Origin: Tubulanus polymorphus
Taxonomy: Eukaryota; Animalia; Nemertea
Reading direction: 5' to 3'
DNA length: 64,000 bases
NCBI RefSeq assembly: GCF_964204645.1
Contig: NC_134027.1
Span: 22,034,560 to 22,098,559 of the forward strand
The position numbers and the translations under genes are program-made. Positions 47,505 through 60,898 of this stretch are shown here, in pieces. A model generated the notes under the pieces. It searched no databases and was not told the origin of the DNA. It saw only the letters and a program-made list of their open reading frames with translations. Positions within the stretch are counted from its first letter, which is position 1; every line of letters starts with the position of its first letter.

Positions 47505-50500
47505 GTAAGTTTTTCTTTTCGTCGAAAAAAAAGTCTACACGTAGCATGTATTGTTTTACGAGAGCATTTTCTAGTAAATGGGTACGATAGTAGTTTTAAT
47601 GTTGTTCGAGAAATGTTGAATGAACGGTAAGCAGTTCATGTATTACGCGGGTGCTTCTGGTGAATGTAAACATTCTTCTGCTCCTCCTCGCCGCTGATGT
47701 CGGCAGAAATTCTCGGAATGAATGAAGCCGCTTTTCGTCGAGCGGCTCGATATAGTTACGCTGGCTATATAACGCTTTTTTCGAGTTGAACATGGTCCCT
47801 GCCTGTTGAAAGAGGCCGACAGGGCAAAGTCCTTCAACCCATAAGAGATAAGAGCTTTCGGTTTTATTGGTATCCGATTCTTGAGTTATGTCTGTATACT
47901 TGTTATAGGCATTGTCAGCCGGCATAGGTATATCTATAAGGTTTCAAAGTAAAGATAAGGCCATATTGTTGATCAGCTGGATAGGATTATTTAGTGGGTG
48001 TAGGTCAAGGGTTTGTTGGCTACCTACCTTCTTAATACAAAGGCTTGAAATATGTTGTATATATTCAAAGATGATAAATTCGATTTGACGTTTTGAGCTA
48101 TTTTTCTGTAAGATTTCTTCCAAAAACGGAAGATTTCTTCCAAAAACGGAAGATGGTAACCGGCCTAAAACGTCCGAAACCAAAACAGAAATTGAATCCG
48201 CTCCAGTGGTGTACTGAATAATAACCTACTTTTAGGCTTAACAAAAATGATACCTTGTTTCTACACAGCGGCCGGGTCATTTTTATAAAATATGATAGAA
48301 TTTGTAATTAATTCATTTCTATAGGCCTAGCTGCCATGTCAGTTATGGTAAAATTGATCACGATTTAAAAAAAGTAATGACTTTATGTACAGGGTAGACT
48401 TTTAAGCTCAACAGAGCGCAGAAACAAGGTATCAATTTTTTCTAGCCTTAGATGGGCTGAAAGTATCTTTTAGTGAATAGTCGGGTGGAAAAAGCAAGTC
48501 ATAAGTTACGTCATTCGAAGTTATTCTCGATAGTTATTAGATTGAGTTGTAATGTGTGCAGCCTATGTAATGAATCTCTAGTGGCTTTAATTGAGTAAGG
48601 TATAAAGTTGAAGTCTATATAGAGAATGTATTGATTCGTACTCGATGTTGATCACACACTCACACCACACACCGCACTCACTCCAGTTACTGATAAAACC
48701 TGCGTTGCGTGGTTCTCTCTCGCCCTCTCTCCTCGCCCTTGCCAGTAATATCAAACTTAATTTATTGCCATTTCTAGATTATCTTGTAAAGTGTATTGAC
48801 TTGTGTTATAAAGCAGGTACGAGATAGGCCTTAATTTCTTCGCGGGTCTCCATCTTGTAAGAGTTCTCTATCTCGAGGTTGGTTCGACGAAGTAGGCTGC
48901 AGTATCTGGTGGTATAATGGGGGCTATTTTCTACCTTCTATGATACTGAACTAGTTTTAAATTGGTTTGAAAAAATGGGCTTTTCTCAGGGTGCTATTGA
49001 AAAATGTAGCTGTGTGGGATTCAACATTCCGATTCCAGCGTTAAAATCCCGAGTTTCAGTAATAGAATGAAAAATGAACAAAATTTGACTTTGGGCTGAC
49101 AGCGAATTCATATCAAAATAAGAAACTGGGGGCTTATCAGCACCATTTCTGGGAATTACTGATCATAAGGCTTATAGCCGCGATCACACGATCCTGGACT
49201 AAATTTCGCCCAGAGCACCTGTTCACACGGGTGCCAAAGTGGCCCGTACTGATTTGGTCAGTGCCTATTCGACCAGACCAATAACGTTTCAACATACCGC
49301 GTCAAATTTTGAAACGGGACAAATTATTGCGTATGAATCGCTACAGTTTCGGGAAATAACTCACTTAAATTTGTTTAAGCATTGTTTAGTATCGAGTGAG
49401 TGGTTTGTGTGTGAACGCGCTCTCTAATCAGGCACAGGCCAAATTTGACTCAGGCCTGATCTGTATCGATTTGCCCCCCCCCCCCCCCCCCCCGGGCAAG
49501 ATCGCTGTTAGTATGATCATGGCCATAACCATAACCTAAGAGTAGACTCATAATTATAGTTGCATAACACTTGTTGTTTAAGTGGGGTCATATTTCCTGG
49601 TTGCAAGTTCAACAGTTTAAGAAAGTCGAACATTGTTTATATTTCAACTTCCTCAATGAAAACCGAAAACTAGGTAAGTTGGCATTTGGATGAGTTCTGT
49701 AGTGTATTGTCATACACAATTTATGAATAAATGAATTCTTAAGATTCTGAAGATGGGGGTTATAGAACTTAGGGTAGTAGCCAGCACTATTCTAATAGTG
49801 GTGCCACTTCCATGAAAGCGGAACTTCTATGAAACTTATATCGCGAGTGCTGACGGCCGAAAATTCTATGAGGTTGGGACCTACCCAAGAAAACATCGAA
49901 AAAATAGTCCCTCGATGATGCATTCCGAGGGGTTATTACGTCACCGCCTTATTTTTCAAATCATTTTCATCACTCGGGAGAAAGGTGTACAGGTATATAT
50001 TTTGAGCGTATAAACTAACGTACGTGCGAATTTATATTCGTAACTTCTACGTACGCACACAACACGTATGTAGACCATACAGATTGACTGGTTGTTTGTA
50101 TTAAAAGGAGTGTTTCTGATGAAGGTAATCACCGGGTGCTATACTCCCCGACTCAGGTGTTTTTTCTTACCTCTAAGTAATTCATGCTTAGCGCGGCGTA
50201 GTTTTCAACTGATTTCATGTCATTATCGGTAATCATTATTACGTATCGGAATTACCGGAGAGACGTTGTTTTGGCAATCCTTGACTAGTTTGCATGTTAT
50301 TAAATATTGTTACGAGAAGTTGCGTCACACGCGCGATCTCTGTTTCTGGTTTAATAGTTTCAGTTTATTAGTTCCAGTTTATATAATCCATTTTGCGTCA
50401 GTGAGGTGTTTATCGAAAAATGTTTTAGTAAAACGATTTCACGGAAGTTGATATCATGAGGAGACGTCGATCTAATCGGGGGGGGGATGGGGTGATGAAG

Positions 50501-53500
50501 GAGTGGAGGCCTGTGCAGTGAATCGGGGAGGGAATAGAGGACGGAGAAATGAATGGTGGTGTCACTAGGGGGTTGGGGGATCCTGTTGTCTAATATACAG
50601 TTCTGACCCCTTTTAACTGTTCTATTATTGTGGTCAAAGTGGCTCCCGCATCAGTCAATCAATTTGTGGAAGTTGTACTTTCTTTGATATGTTTTATGAA
50701 CGATTATGTGCTTGAATTCGTGTTATGTTCATAGAAAATACACTTTTAATATTGTACAATTTAGGGGTCATTGGTGACCCGGGGTCGTAAAGGGAATTGA
50801 ATCGGTATCGCCGCCTATGAGTGTCTACACGAACTAGTAGTGAATTGAAAAACAATAGCATGAATAAACTCGTTGAAAACACTAGAAGTGAAATTCTCGT
50901 CTAAAACCGCCGGGTTTAAGTTGGCTTCAATGAGTTAAGTCATCCCGAATGGTAACGTAAAGGCTGGTGGATGGATACCCCCATCCCCAAAGACACTTGA
51001 CCACAGGATGGGGAGGTAGTTGATGTATCGAATTCGGGGATAACACGATAAGATGGTGAGGAGAAGGATTTGGGATTAAGTTTGGAAATAAGTCGTTCGG
51101 CAGGACACTACGGCGTGCCGGGTAAAACATAAAGAAAAGGCATTTGAAATTGAGGAAATACGTAAGTGGCTGGTAGAGACTATGTGTAGGGAACGGAACT
51201 GGCAACCTGGAGAGATAAAAGGGATTAGTGTAGATAGGTTAGTTCTGGGTGGCCACTTACCTGAAAATCAGGGAAAAGTCCGCAAATCTTCTTCTCTTTG
51301 AAAAAGTCAGGGAATGGTCGGGGAAATTTGAATTAGCCAAAAATCAGGGAGAAGGATTTATTGGAAATTTGTTGAGGTGGTTAGATGGTGCGTATAATCA
51401 GTTTCCTCTAAGTCACATTTCTGTTTTTTTGCTAAACTCGTTTTTATTATTTACAATTATTTACAAAAACAAAAAACGGAAGTATTTTAGAACATAACAA
51501 ACGTTATCTTGCCAGTTTAAAAGTTGGATTTTTTAAAAACGTCGAGGTTCGGTTCCTATAGGTATTTGAATTTCAGTAGTTTTTACGAATAAAACTGAAG
51601 TGGCCCCTCTGTAGTGTAGGTGTTTAAGTACATTTGAAGGAAGGAGAAAAGTCAGGGAAAACAACTAGTATATCAGGGAATGGTCAGGTAAAAGTTAGGG
51701 AAAATGAAATCAAACAGAAGTGGTCTCCTCTAGGGTATGTGAATGGGTACGTTTGGAAGTAGGAGACTGAAGCAGGGTAAGCAGGCTGGCTGTAAAGGGT
51801 TAATGTCTGTTATACACTGGTTGAATGTGATAATCTGAGTGATGAAATGTAGAAAACAGTAAGACATAATATGAATCATCCTCGCAGCAGCAGCAGCAGC
51901 AGCAGGTCGGGGTCGGGTTGATCGAGATCCGACTGACTGTTCACATCAGAATCTCGCATATTCTACTAACACAAACACGTATTAAACTAACAAGCGGCGC
52001 GAGAAAATACCTGAAAAATATCTCTCTACGCAGATATGATATCATCATCGGGTTCTTATCTGGAACCGATGCTCTATTTACGCTCTGACGGGTCATTTAT
52101 TTATCGCGAAAACAAAATTCTTACCCCCTGCATATGCATTTATAAGCATTGCGCATTTTTTATATGAATCTAAAGACCGACGCAAAATAGGCAATTTTTT
52201 TCAGTTTCAAAGCAAATACAATTCGTTGAAATAAATTCTAACATGTATGATGTTACGACTGTGTCTATAGAATGCATTTGAAATGTACATGAGTTCGAGA
52301 GCCAGACCAGTGCTACATGGAGAATGCTGTTCAACGAAATATGATATCGTTCCTGGTCGAAGATGGCCTGGAACTCTCTCAAACTGCCCACACGTTCACA
52401 AATGCAGATATTTATTTGAAGATTGTGCCTGAGAACACCAGAACAGTCGAATGGTATTTAGCTCACAATGTACAAGTTATACGGATAGTTTATCAGAAAT
52501 ATATGTACGTGTATACAAGATAGCGTGACATGGACATTTTAAATACATTTTTTATACATAGTCATAACGGTGATTATCTTTTTTGTCATGCAAACGGAAA
52601 AAAGATTTACAAAAATATAGACTCCCGTGGTAGTGTGCAATACATACATACACGCAGGCGATTTTTAAGCTATTCTCACCGCGAGGGGCAAATTAGTTGT
52701 GATTCGATCGCCTACTAGCGTGCAGCCACTGGGAAGCGTTGTCGGTCGACAAATAGTCACCAGCTACAAGATCACAGTATCTAGCGCGATAGATTGGCGG
52801 CAAGTCGCAGTCAGTCGCCTAGCGTACGGCTACTAGTAGGCCTAAAGAGTCGAATTCTGAACAGTGAATCAGGGCAGTGATTGAAATTGCACGAGATTCG
52901 CAAAATGGCGGCCTTTTGAAGTAAAGTGGCACATACAACTGTAGACGACACGCTGCGACCTGTGATTCAGTCGCAAAAATCTCATTGTATGACATGCAGC
53001 CAATTGTTGCTAGGTCTAACCAACTCATGAGTAACTGGCCCCAGATTGTATCTCGGGGAACCCCCCATACCTCCTATGTGATGCTGTGATACTGGACTGA
53101 GCAGTAATCTGAAATTGAGGCTGGACCAACCACTGGGCATGACCGCAAAAAGTACCGGTGTGATCGCGACTATAGCGTTCAGGGAGATCGAAATTTGAAA
53201 ATCAGAAGGGCCTGTTGATTTTACGTTGAGTTGAGCGTCTGTTGTGCGGCCAGCGTTTACGCCCGGTGTGGACGGGCGATTTTTTTCGTGCGATCATAGC
53301 GCGACTGAGATGTTGCTTGAAAATCACGGCGACGCGTCGCTCGTTAGCACTTCATGCGACCACAACACTGATCATCAGAAAATAATCATCTACTTTTTTC
53401 AATTAATATTGGTAATATTTTTTGGGGATTTATATTCATATCTTCTTATTCTATAAAGTGGCATATGATGTCTAATCCTTTCACGCTTGCTAGTTGCGTG

Positions 53501-55434
53501 CATGCGCACGCGTGTAATCGCAAATTTCTTCTGGGCCCAGTTTCACGAAAAAGTTTAACTAAAATGTTTGGTGTAATGGCTATCGGTTACTTCATGTTTT
53601 CCACAACAATTCGAACTTAACCATTTTAAGCTCGAACCTTTTCGTGCCCTTGGTCTATATAATCGCTCCCATCTGCCCCCCCCCCGCGCATTTAGATACT
53701 AGTTTCATTGAGTCTCTCGTAGAATACCATCGCAGGTAATACAGGTATGTTATATGCTACACCTGGTAGACACGCGGGTTTCAGTGTGTATGCATGCCTG
53801 TGCACGGGAGAGAGAGAGGGCATGGGAAAATCTGATCATTCCAGCTGATTATATAGCTCAACGCGCGCACCTTCAGCGAATGATGCAGCAAAATTCCTCA
53901 ATTCTGGAATACGAGTACTCGATAGAAATGAATGCATTTTTTTTTCTTTTAATTGATAATCAATCAAGTTTAACGATCAATTCCTATCAATCGAGTCATC
54001 AAAACATGATAATGAACTCGATATAGGACAAACTGGAAAGCTGATGAGAAAATTTCAAGTGTTATCGTGTATACTGGATATTTGTTTTGATTTGATGTCC
54101 CTCACAAACCCACAACACCTGCCAGGAGCGAAATGGGGGGTGATTTTGAAATCATATGTTAGATATTAGCAAGGATGTCCCTCCCTGATATTTTACAAGA
54201 AAAACCTGAAACAAGAATATGCGTTTAAATGTTTATTTTTCTCGTAGACTGCGAAGAAGCATGCTTAAACAAACCTACAACGCCACCTGGCGATAAGAAA
54301 AGTGTCTAACAATATCATAATGGCTGTGCTTTTGATCAGTCATATGATCAGCTTGTCACTGATTGGTTGTGTCAATGTTTCTTGTAAAGCAACTTCTGTA
54401 ACATCGCACGTAGCGATCAGCATGATGTTTCTTGTTTCAGGCCAGAAACAACGTTCGCATTAACAGTGTTTCTTGTTTCATCATAAATTGCGATACAACC
54501 CATTAAAAGATTGTAGATTTGGGTTTTCTGTAAAGAGTTTTGAAGCCTACGTGCAGCTTTTTTGTTATTTCGTTTGTTCTTTCATTAAGATTACCTCTTT
54601 GAATTAAGAGTGTCAAAATGTTACAGGCATCCTCAGTTCCGCACCTTTCAACATACCATATTCTCTATGCAAGTATTTCTCGGGTTGGGAACATTGATTT
54701 GTAGCTTGTTTGTGTAGTGAGAATACATGCGTGTTGGAGTAGCCTAAATCATATATTTATAAGAAATTTGTGCTATACATTTGTAATCATTAGGCAAAAT
54801 ACACAGACCAGCACTATATAGAAATAATAGAATGAATCGTAACTGGAAACTGGTAAATGGTGACATTCCATCGGGCCATCTCTCCATGGATTTTGTATGA
54901 GAATCTGTCAGGGGCCAACATTTATCTACTTCTTGAAGTTATTTTCTTCAGGACAGAGGTGTGGATCCAGATTTATGCGAAGAAAGTATTTGGCAATCTT
55001 TGGCAGTGGGTAGTATGGCACCCTGCATCTCTGGGAGATCCACGGATATTCTCGGGCAATGATTACTGTTATTCGCGGTTAAAAATATGAAAACTCTGCT
55101 CAATCAATATAAATATAGGGGCACATGAGCGAATTTTTTTGCCCGATGGCAGCGAATTTATATATATATTTATATGTAATTTTTTTATATCGTGTGATTT
55201 GTTAACTCTCTCACACTAAGTGGTGGTCGCTGACCAAATTTCGGTTTGATCGCTATGTGAAAAAATACGCTTGTGTGTCCCCTTACCTTGAAGGCTTAGT
55301 AATGATACGACATTCAGATGGGGTGTGCATTTGTTACATCATATATTGGTCATATTCAGATATCCCCATGCAGGACTGGCTTTTGCAGCCTGTAGTAATG
55401 TAGTAGAAATGATCGCCGCGAGGGTCAGGTGTTA

Positions 55435-56256
55435 AGGCTGGCTTATGTCGACAAGCGACGCGACACCTACCGACTCCTACCGACGCAACTGAGAGCAACC
55501 GCGATCGCAGCCCAGCTTATGTCGACTGCGCTCCGATTCGCAGCAACTGAAGCCGACTAGCGGGATACGAGATCCTCCCAGTTGCTTCCCTGCTTATGTC
55601 GGTTACGATTACTGGCAACTGCAATGGCTCAGATGGTCACGTGATAAACATTTTGAGAATAAATTTGAATTATTTTGAATTATTGGGAAATATATTTCTA
55701 TTAGAAAAGCTATATCTTTATGATCTTTATCTTTCTGATTCTGTTTTGAATACAATGTGCTAGCGACATCATATAAAGATGGCCGCTCACACCATAATTC
55801 TACGAATTTCGTTTCTAGATCTTCGGTCCAGTCATCTGCCGTGCTGAATGTTTGGTTTACGTTTTGAACTACTTGAATTTGAAAGTTTATGACTAATTAA
55901 GAATGACGCAAACTGGCGGTGATAATTTGTACTATGTATATGCGGTCTCTTATTGGCTGGAACCCCTGCGCTCAGTTCAGTCGCGTCGCAGATAAGCTTA
56001 TGTCAGTTGCGATTGAAAGCAACTGTCCACCTACCGTAGGCCGGAGTAGAACATGGGCAACTAGCCGGATACGGCTTGCGACGAGTTGGTAGGCGTCGGG
56101 TTGCCGACGCAAGCCGGCTTATGTCGAACCGATAGAGCAGATACTGGCGGCCTCTCGTAGGCCGCCTACCGACGCAACTGGGTTTATCGCCGATTAGCGG
56201 CGATAAACCCAGTTGCGTTGGTAGGCGTCGCGTTGCTTGTCGACATAAGCCAGCCT
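55435..56256. mobile_element. PIF/Harbinger-like MITE (822 bp) inserted at the end of GPCR copy 1
   Basis: 36-bp TIR aggctggcttatgtcgacaagc(g/a)acgcgac(a/g)cctac; TTA TSD at 55432-55434 and 56257-56259. Confidence 0.9.
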
Positions 56257-57287
56257 TTAGTTTTGCGGCTGCACATGAATTTCACCGTCGACCGAAATTG
56301 TTTGCTGACGAGCAGATAAATTACGCAATTGATCGCCGAATCGATCGGCGTCAAATTGTCGAAAATCAAAAACAGCAAACCCTTAACTTGCGGGTCCCAT
56401 TTGACTTGTATGAAGTAGTTGCACACTCTCGAAAGGAGGGTCGGCAATTCGCAAACCAAGTATACAGATGTTGTAATTAAAACTAGCTGCGTTGCTTTGG
56501 TTTTCGCGGCCGAACCGTCGTTTCCCTTTTTGGTGGTCATCGACTTTCGTCGCCGGCTGGACCTAAATACCGACCACAACAGAACGACGTTGGCGAACAT
56601 GATGAACACCGCCGGGATGCATATAGTCATTAACATGTATATCCAAGTGCTCGAGTAATCCATCGAGCTGCTTTTCACGAATTCTCCGAAGCGTGGAAAG
56701 TCCGGCGGAGCGCCTTCGCATTTCAACATAACGATTCTGGCGCCGAAGTAACGCGGGACATACACGACGGCCGAAACGAAGACGACGATCGCCGTGCCGA
56801 TATAAACGCGTTTCTTGTCGATGCAGCGCCGCGACCAGAATGGAAACAGCACGTGTAGACATCGGACGACCACGGTGAGAACGATCACCCAATTGCGTAT
56901 TGTTACCGTCGATTTGTAGCTGGCGATTCGAATCCAGTTCCACAACGGGAAAATCGCGTAGTCCGACCATCGACGGAATAGTAGATCTCCGTAGAGCGCT
57001 CGATGTATTAGGTGACGGAACGGGCCGTCTAAGAACGTATTCATTAAATAGATAATATCAGAAAGCGCCACGAGGATGAGAAGGCGAATGGCTTGCCCGC
57101 TTTCGGGCATTCTCCGAAAAACGAGTATGCTGAATGCATTGAAGCATACGCCGATAATACATACTGGAAGAATGAAGTAGATTTGAATGAAATGCGTTCG
57201 TGGCTTGTCCTTTATCAACGGGCAGACGTATTCCTCCGTAGTAACGAAAGCGTCGGTGCTAGCTACTGCGGTTACGCCTTTGCCCAT
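56184..57287 (-). CDS. Class A peptide-receptor-like (FMRFamide receptor-like) GPCR, copy 1, intact, transposon-derived tail
   Basis: Seven hydrophobic segments; TM1 GVCFN, TM2 LVALSD, TM6 YLVCELP, TM7 DSAINCVIY, helix 8 SKQFRSTVK. Confidence 0.9.
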   Translation of the reverse strand: MGKGVTAVASTDAFVTTEEYVCPLIKDKPRTHFIQIYFILPVCIIGVCFNAFSILVFRRMPESGQAIRLLILVALSDIIYLMNTFLDGPFRHLIHRALYGDLLFRRWSDYAIFPLWNWIRIASYKSTVTIRNWVIVLTVVVRCLHVLFPFWSRRCIDKKRVYIGTAIVVFVSAVVYVPRYFGARIVMLKCEGAPPDFPRFGEFVKSSSMDYSSTWIYMLMTICIPAVFIMFANVVLLWSVFRSSRRRKSMTTKKGNDGSAAKTKATQLVLITTSVYLVCELPTLLSRVCNYFIQVKWDPQVKGLLFLIFDNLTPIDSAINCVIYLLVSKQFRSTVKFMCSRKTKGWLMSTSNATPTNATGFIAANRR

Positions 57288-57944
57288 ACTGAAGTCGTCC
57301 TCAGTTTGCGATTATTGCCGAATCTGCGAAAATTATTTGAAAGATTGACATGGCTTGCGTTATCAAATAAAAAAACAACAAGAACTTTGCTACGACAAAA
57401 TTTTGCATCGATTTTTTCCGTGACATTCTACGCCTGGTTGAAGTTGCGCGCCTATATTATTTGTAGATCTAGATAGAGCATTGCTATACAGGGATTTGCC
57501 TCGAGTGTTTCTGTAGAATGTACGTCTATAGCTGGAAATTCAGACTTCAGAATGGCCTCATGCATTATCTACATAGTGGGACTATAGCCGCGATCACACG
57601 GACACTATTTGGCCCGGGCCAAATTGGCACGAATCAGGCTCGGGCCAAATTTGGCCCGTGCCTAGTTAGTGAGTGAGCTCACACGCAAACCATTCACTCG
57701 ATACTAAACAATGCTCAAACAAAGCGAAGTGGATCATTTCCAGTGCCAGTTCAAACGCAATCATTTGTCTGGTGCTAAAATTTGGCTCGGGCCTGGTATG
57801 ACGTTTTTGGTCAGGCCAAATTTGGCCCTTTTGGCACTCGTGTGAACAGTTGTTCCGGGCCAAAAGATCGCGGCTTAAATAGGGAAATGGATCATTTGAC
57901 ACCCGTGTGAACAATTGTTCCGGGCCGAGACCGGGCTAAAAATG

Positions 57945-59170
57945 CTTGTTTCAGGAAACAACGTTCGCAGTGAAACAGTGTTTCTTGTTATGTTTATAAT
58001 TTATTACAATACAACCCAGAAAGAGATTTCTGTTTTCTGCAAAGATTTTTGAAGCCTATGACTAGTTTTTTTTTAAATTTTCATGTGCTATTTCGGTAAG
58101 AAATTTGTGTGTCTTTTGAATTAAGAATTTAAAAGTCTTGCAGGCATCCTAGTTCTACATAAAATACCATATACTCTATGAGTGGTTACGGAACATTGAT
58201 TTGTAGCTGGTTTGTTTAGTGAGAATACATTCGTGTCGTGTCGGAGTAAATCATATGTATTATAAGATATTTGTCTATATGTTTGTTTTCATGAGGCAAA
58301 ATACACAGACCAGCACTAAATAGAAATAATAGAAGGAATCGTAACTGGAAACTAGTAACTAGTGACTTAACAAGACCATCTCTCACTGAATTTTTTTAGA
58401 GAATCATTTGTCAAGGGTCAACATTAAGCTATGCCTACATTAGCTCATTGAACCCGGGTTTCGATGTAGACCTACGTACACAGGTTTTCGACAAAAACCC
58501 ACATTTGCTGTGAGTAGCGTCTAACTCAGCTTTAGTAGTATGAATCCACGTCCGTAGTTCAAGATCAAGGTCAATTGTGGAGCTCAAATGCTGCATTGAA
58601 CACTGAATGACTATCCTAGAAAAAATGCCAAGTCGGATGCAAATGTGGGTTTAATGCGGGCTAAACTCTTCTTTTTCAAGGAGCGTTTCTAAAATGTAGG
58701 TTTAATGTTGAACTCTATATTCTCAGGCTCTAAGAAGCAAGTGTAGATAAGGCTGTACTTCTTGATATCATTTCCTTCTGGACAGAGCTATGGATCCAGG
58801 GAGAAACATACTAGCTAATAGGATGGTTATATCAAAGCTGTGGGTAGTTGGGTGTTGAAGTGGGTAGTGTAGTGTGATCTGTGTGCATTTGTGGCCAGCA
58901 CACAGATCAGAACGATCATAGTTAGTGTAGTAATAATATATGTCCAGGGAGAAACTACATGTGAAATATGTGGAAAAATATCAATATTTCAAGGGCAATA
59001 CGTCCAGATGCCAAGACATTTGGCAATTTCAGCCATTAGGATTAGGGGTAACAGCGGAAGCGTCCGCAGCTATTGTAAATTGGGCAACTTCACTGTTGAA
59101 GCAGTCCTGTCATAAGTTGATTGCTCAGTGCAGTTGATATGTTACATCAGATATTTGTCTTATTGAAATC
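57945..59170. repeat. Duplicated 3' flank of the GPCR tandem unit; homologous to 54425-55020, 61010-61960 and 63880-64000
   Basis: Shared blocks such as ggcaaaatacacagaccagcac and ggacagag...tggatcca. Confidence 0.85.
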
Positions 59171-59600
59171 TTAACCCATTAGCACTCAGAAATTGCACTT
59201 TGTAGTGTCAATTACTCCTCAAAAAAGTTCATCACGATACTGAATAGCTCAGTTGCTGTTTATTTCCATGCATCACCATGTAAGAGTTGATGAGGTGGGC
59301 CACCAAAATCGTGTCCTTTTAGCCCCTAGAAATTCATCCAAACTTACTTGGATTTGAAGTGAGCGCTCAGATGTGTCATGTTCGTATTCGAAATACTCGA
59401 GAAATTGAAATAGGAGGATGTTGATTTCTGTTCAGTATTTTGAGGACTTAGCTGTCTAATTTATCATACGCTATTGGGTTCGAATCCCACTATAACCGTT
59501 TTCATGCAGCATATGAAAAAAGTGTCGGGCGGATTCGGGCAGCTTGAGGAGTAAGTAATAGGCAGGGCGGATACGGGCGGCTTGAGTGCTAATGGGTTAA
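59171..59600. mobile_element. piggyBac-like MITE
   Basis: ttaa-cccattagcactca ... tgagtgctaatggg-ttaa. Confidence 0.88.
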
Positions 59601-59672
59601 AACCGGGCAGACATACTCCTCAGTAGTAACAGTAACAGCAGTGCTAGTTATGGCAGTTAGGTTTCTGCTCAT
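59601..59672 (-). pseudogene. 5' remnant of another GPCR copy (MSRNLTAITSTAVTVTTEEYVCPV)
   Basis: Near-identical to the N-terminus of the 62021-63055 copy; ends at the TTAA of a MITE. Confidence 0.85.
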
Positions 59673-59941
59673 ACTGAAGAACTCGTGATTATTATTGCTG
59701 AATCCGAGGAGTGTACTGAAGAACTCGTGATTATTATTGCTGAATCCGAGGAGTGTACTGAAGAACTCGTGATTATTATTGCTGAATCCGCGACAATGAT
59801 TTGAAAGTGTGAAGCAGTCAAGTCATAAGCTGAATTCATGGAACGATTGATAAACATCAGATATTTGTCGAGTATTAAAATCTAAACACAGGAATAGACT
59901 CGGGTTCGGACCAATCGCCCGTCGAAATCATTCATCAAGGT

Positions 59942-60898
59942 TCAGGTGACAGTTTTGCGACTGCACATGATTTTCACCGTCGACCGATATTGTTTGCTGG
60001 CGATCAGATAGATTACGCAATTGACCGCCGAATCGACCGGGGTCAAGTTGTCAAAAATGAAAAAAAAGCATATTCATAACAAGGTGGTCTCCTTTGACGC
60101 AGCCAAAATAGTTGCAAACTCGAGAAAAGAGGGTCGGCAATTCGCACACCAAATATATAGATGTCGTTATCAAAACTAGTTGCGTTGCTTTTGTTTTCGC
60201 GGCCGAACCGTCATTCGCAGTTTTCGTGGCCATCGACTTTCGTAGCCAACTGGACCTAAATACCAACCACAACAGAACGATATTCGCGGACATGATGAAG
60301 GCCGCCGGGATGGATACAGTTAGCAACATATATATCCAAGTGCTTATAAAATCTATCGACTGATCTTTCGAAAATTTTCCATAGCGCGGGTAGTCCGGCG
60401 GAGCGCCGCTGCATTTTAACATTTCGATTCTGGCGCCGAAGTAACGCGGGACGTAGACGACGGCCGAGACGAAGACAACGATCGCCGTGCCGATATAAAT
60501 GCGTTTCTTGTCGATGCAGCGCCGCGACCAGAACGGAAACAGCACGTGAAAACATCTGACGACCGCAGTGAGAACGATCATCCAATTGCGTATCATGACA
60601 GTCGACTTGTAGCTGGCGATTCGAATCCAGTTCCACAGCGGGAAAACGGCGTAGTCCGACCATCGACGGAATAGTAAATCTCCGTAGAGCGCTCGATGTA
60701 CCAGGTGACGGAACGGACCATCGAAGAACGTATTCGATAAATATATGATATCAGAAACCGCCACGAGGATGAGAAGGCGAATGGCTTGCCCGCTTTCGGG
60801 CATTCTCAGAAAAACGAGTATGCTGAATACGTTGAAGCATACGCCCATAATACATACGGGAAGAATGAAGTCGATTTGCAAGTAATGCTTTCCCGGTT
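59942..60898 (-). pseudogene. GPCR copy 2: 5' end lost, frameshift before TM7
   Basis: Almost identical to 62021-62975. A8 at 60060-60067 versus A7 in the paralog. Ancestral stop (MCSRKTVT*) at 59942. Sequence upstream of PGKHY is MITE-derived. Confidence 0.8.
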
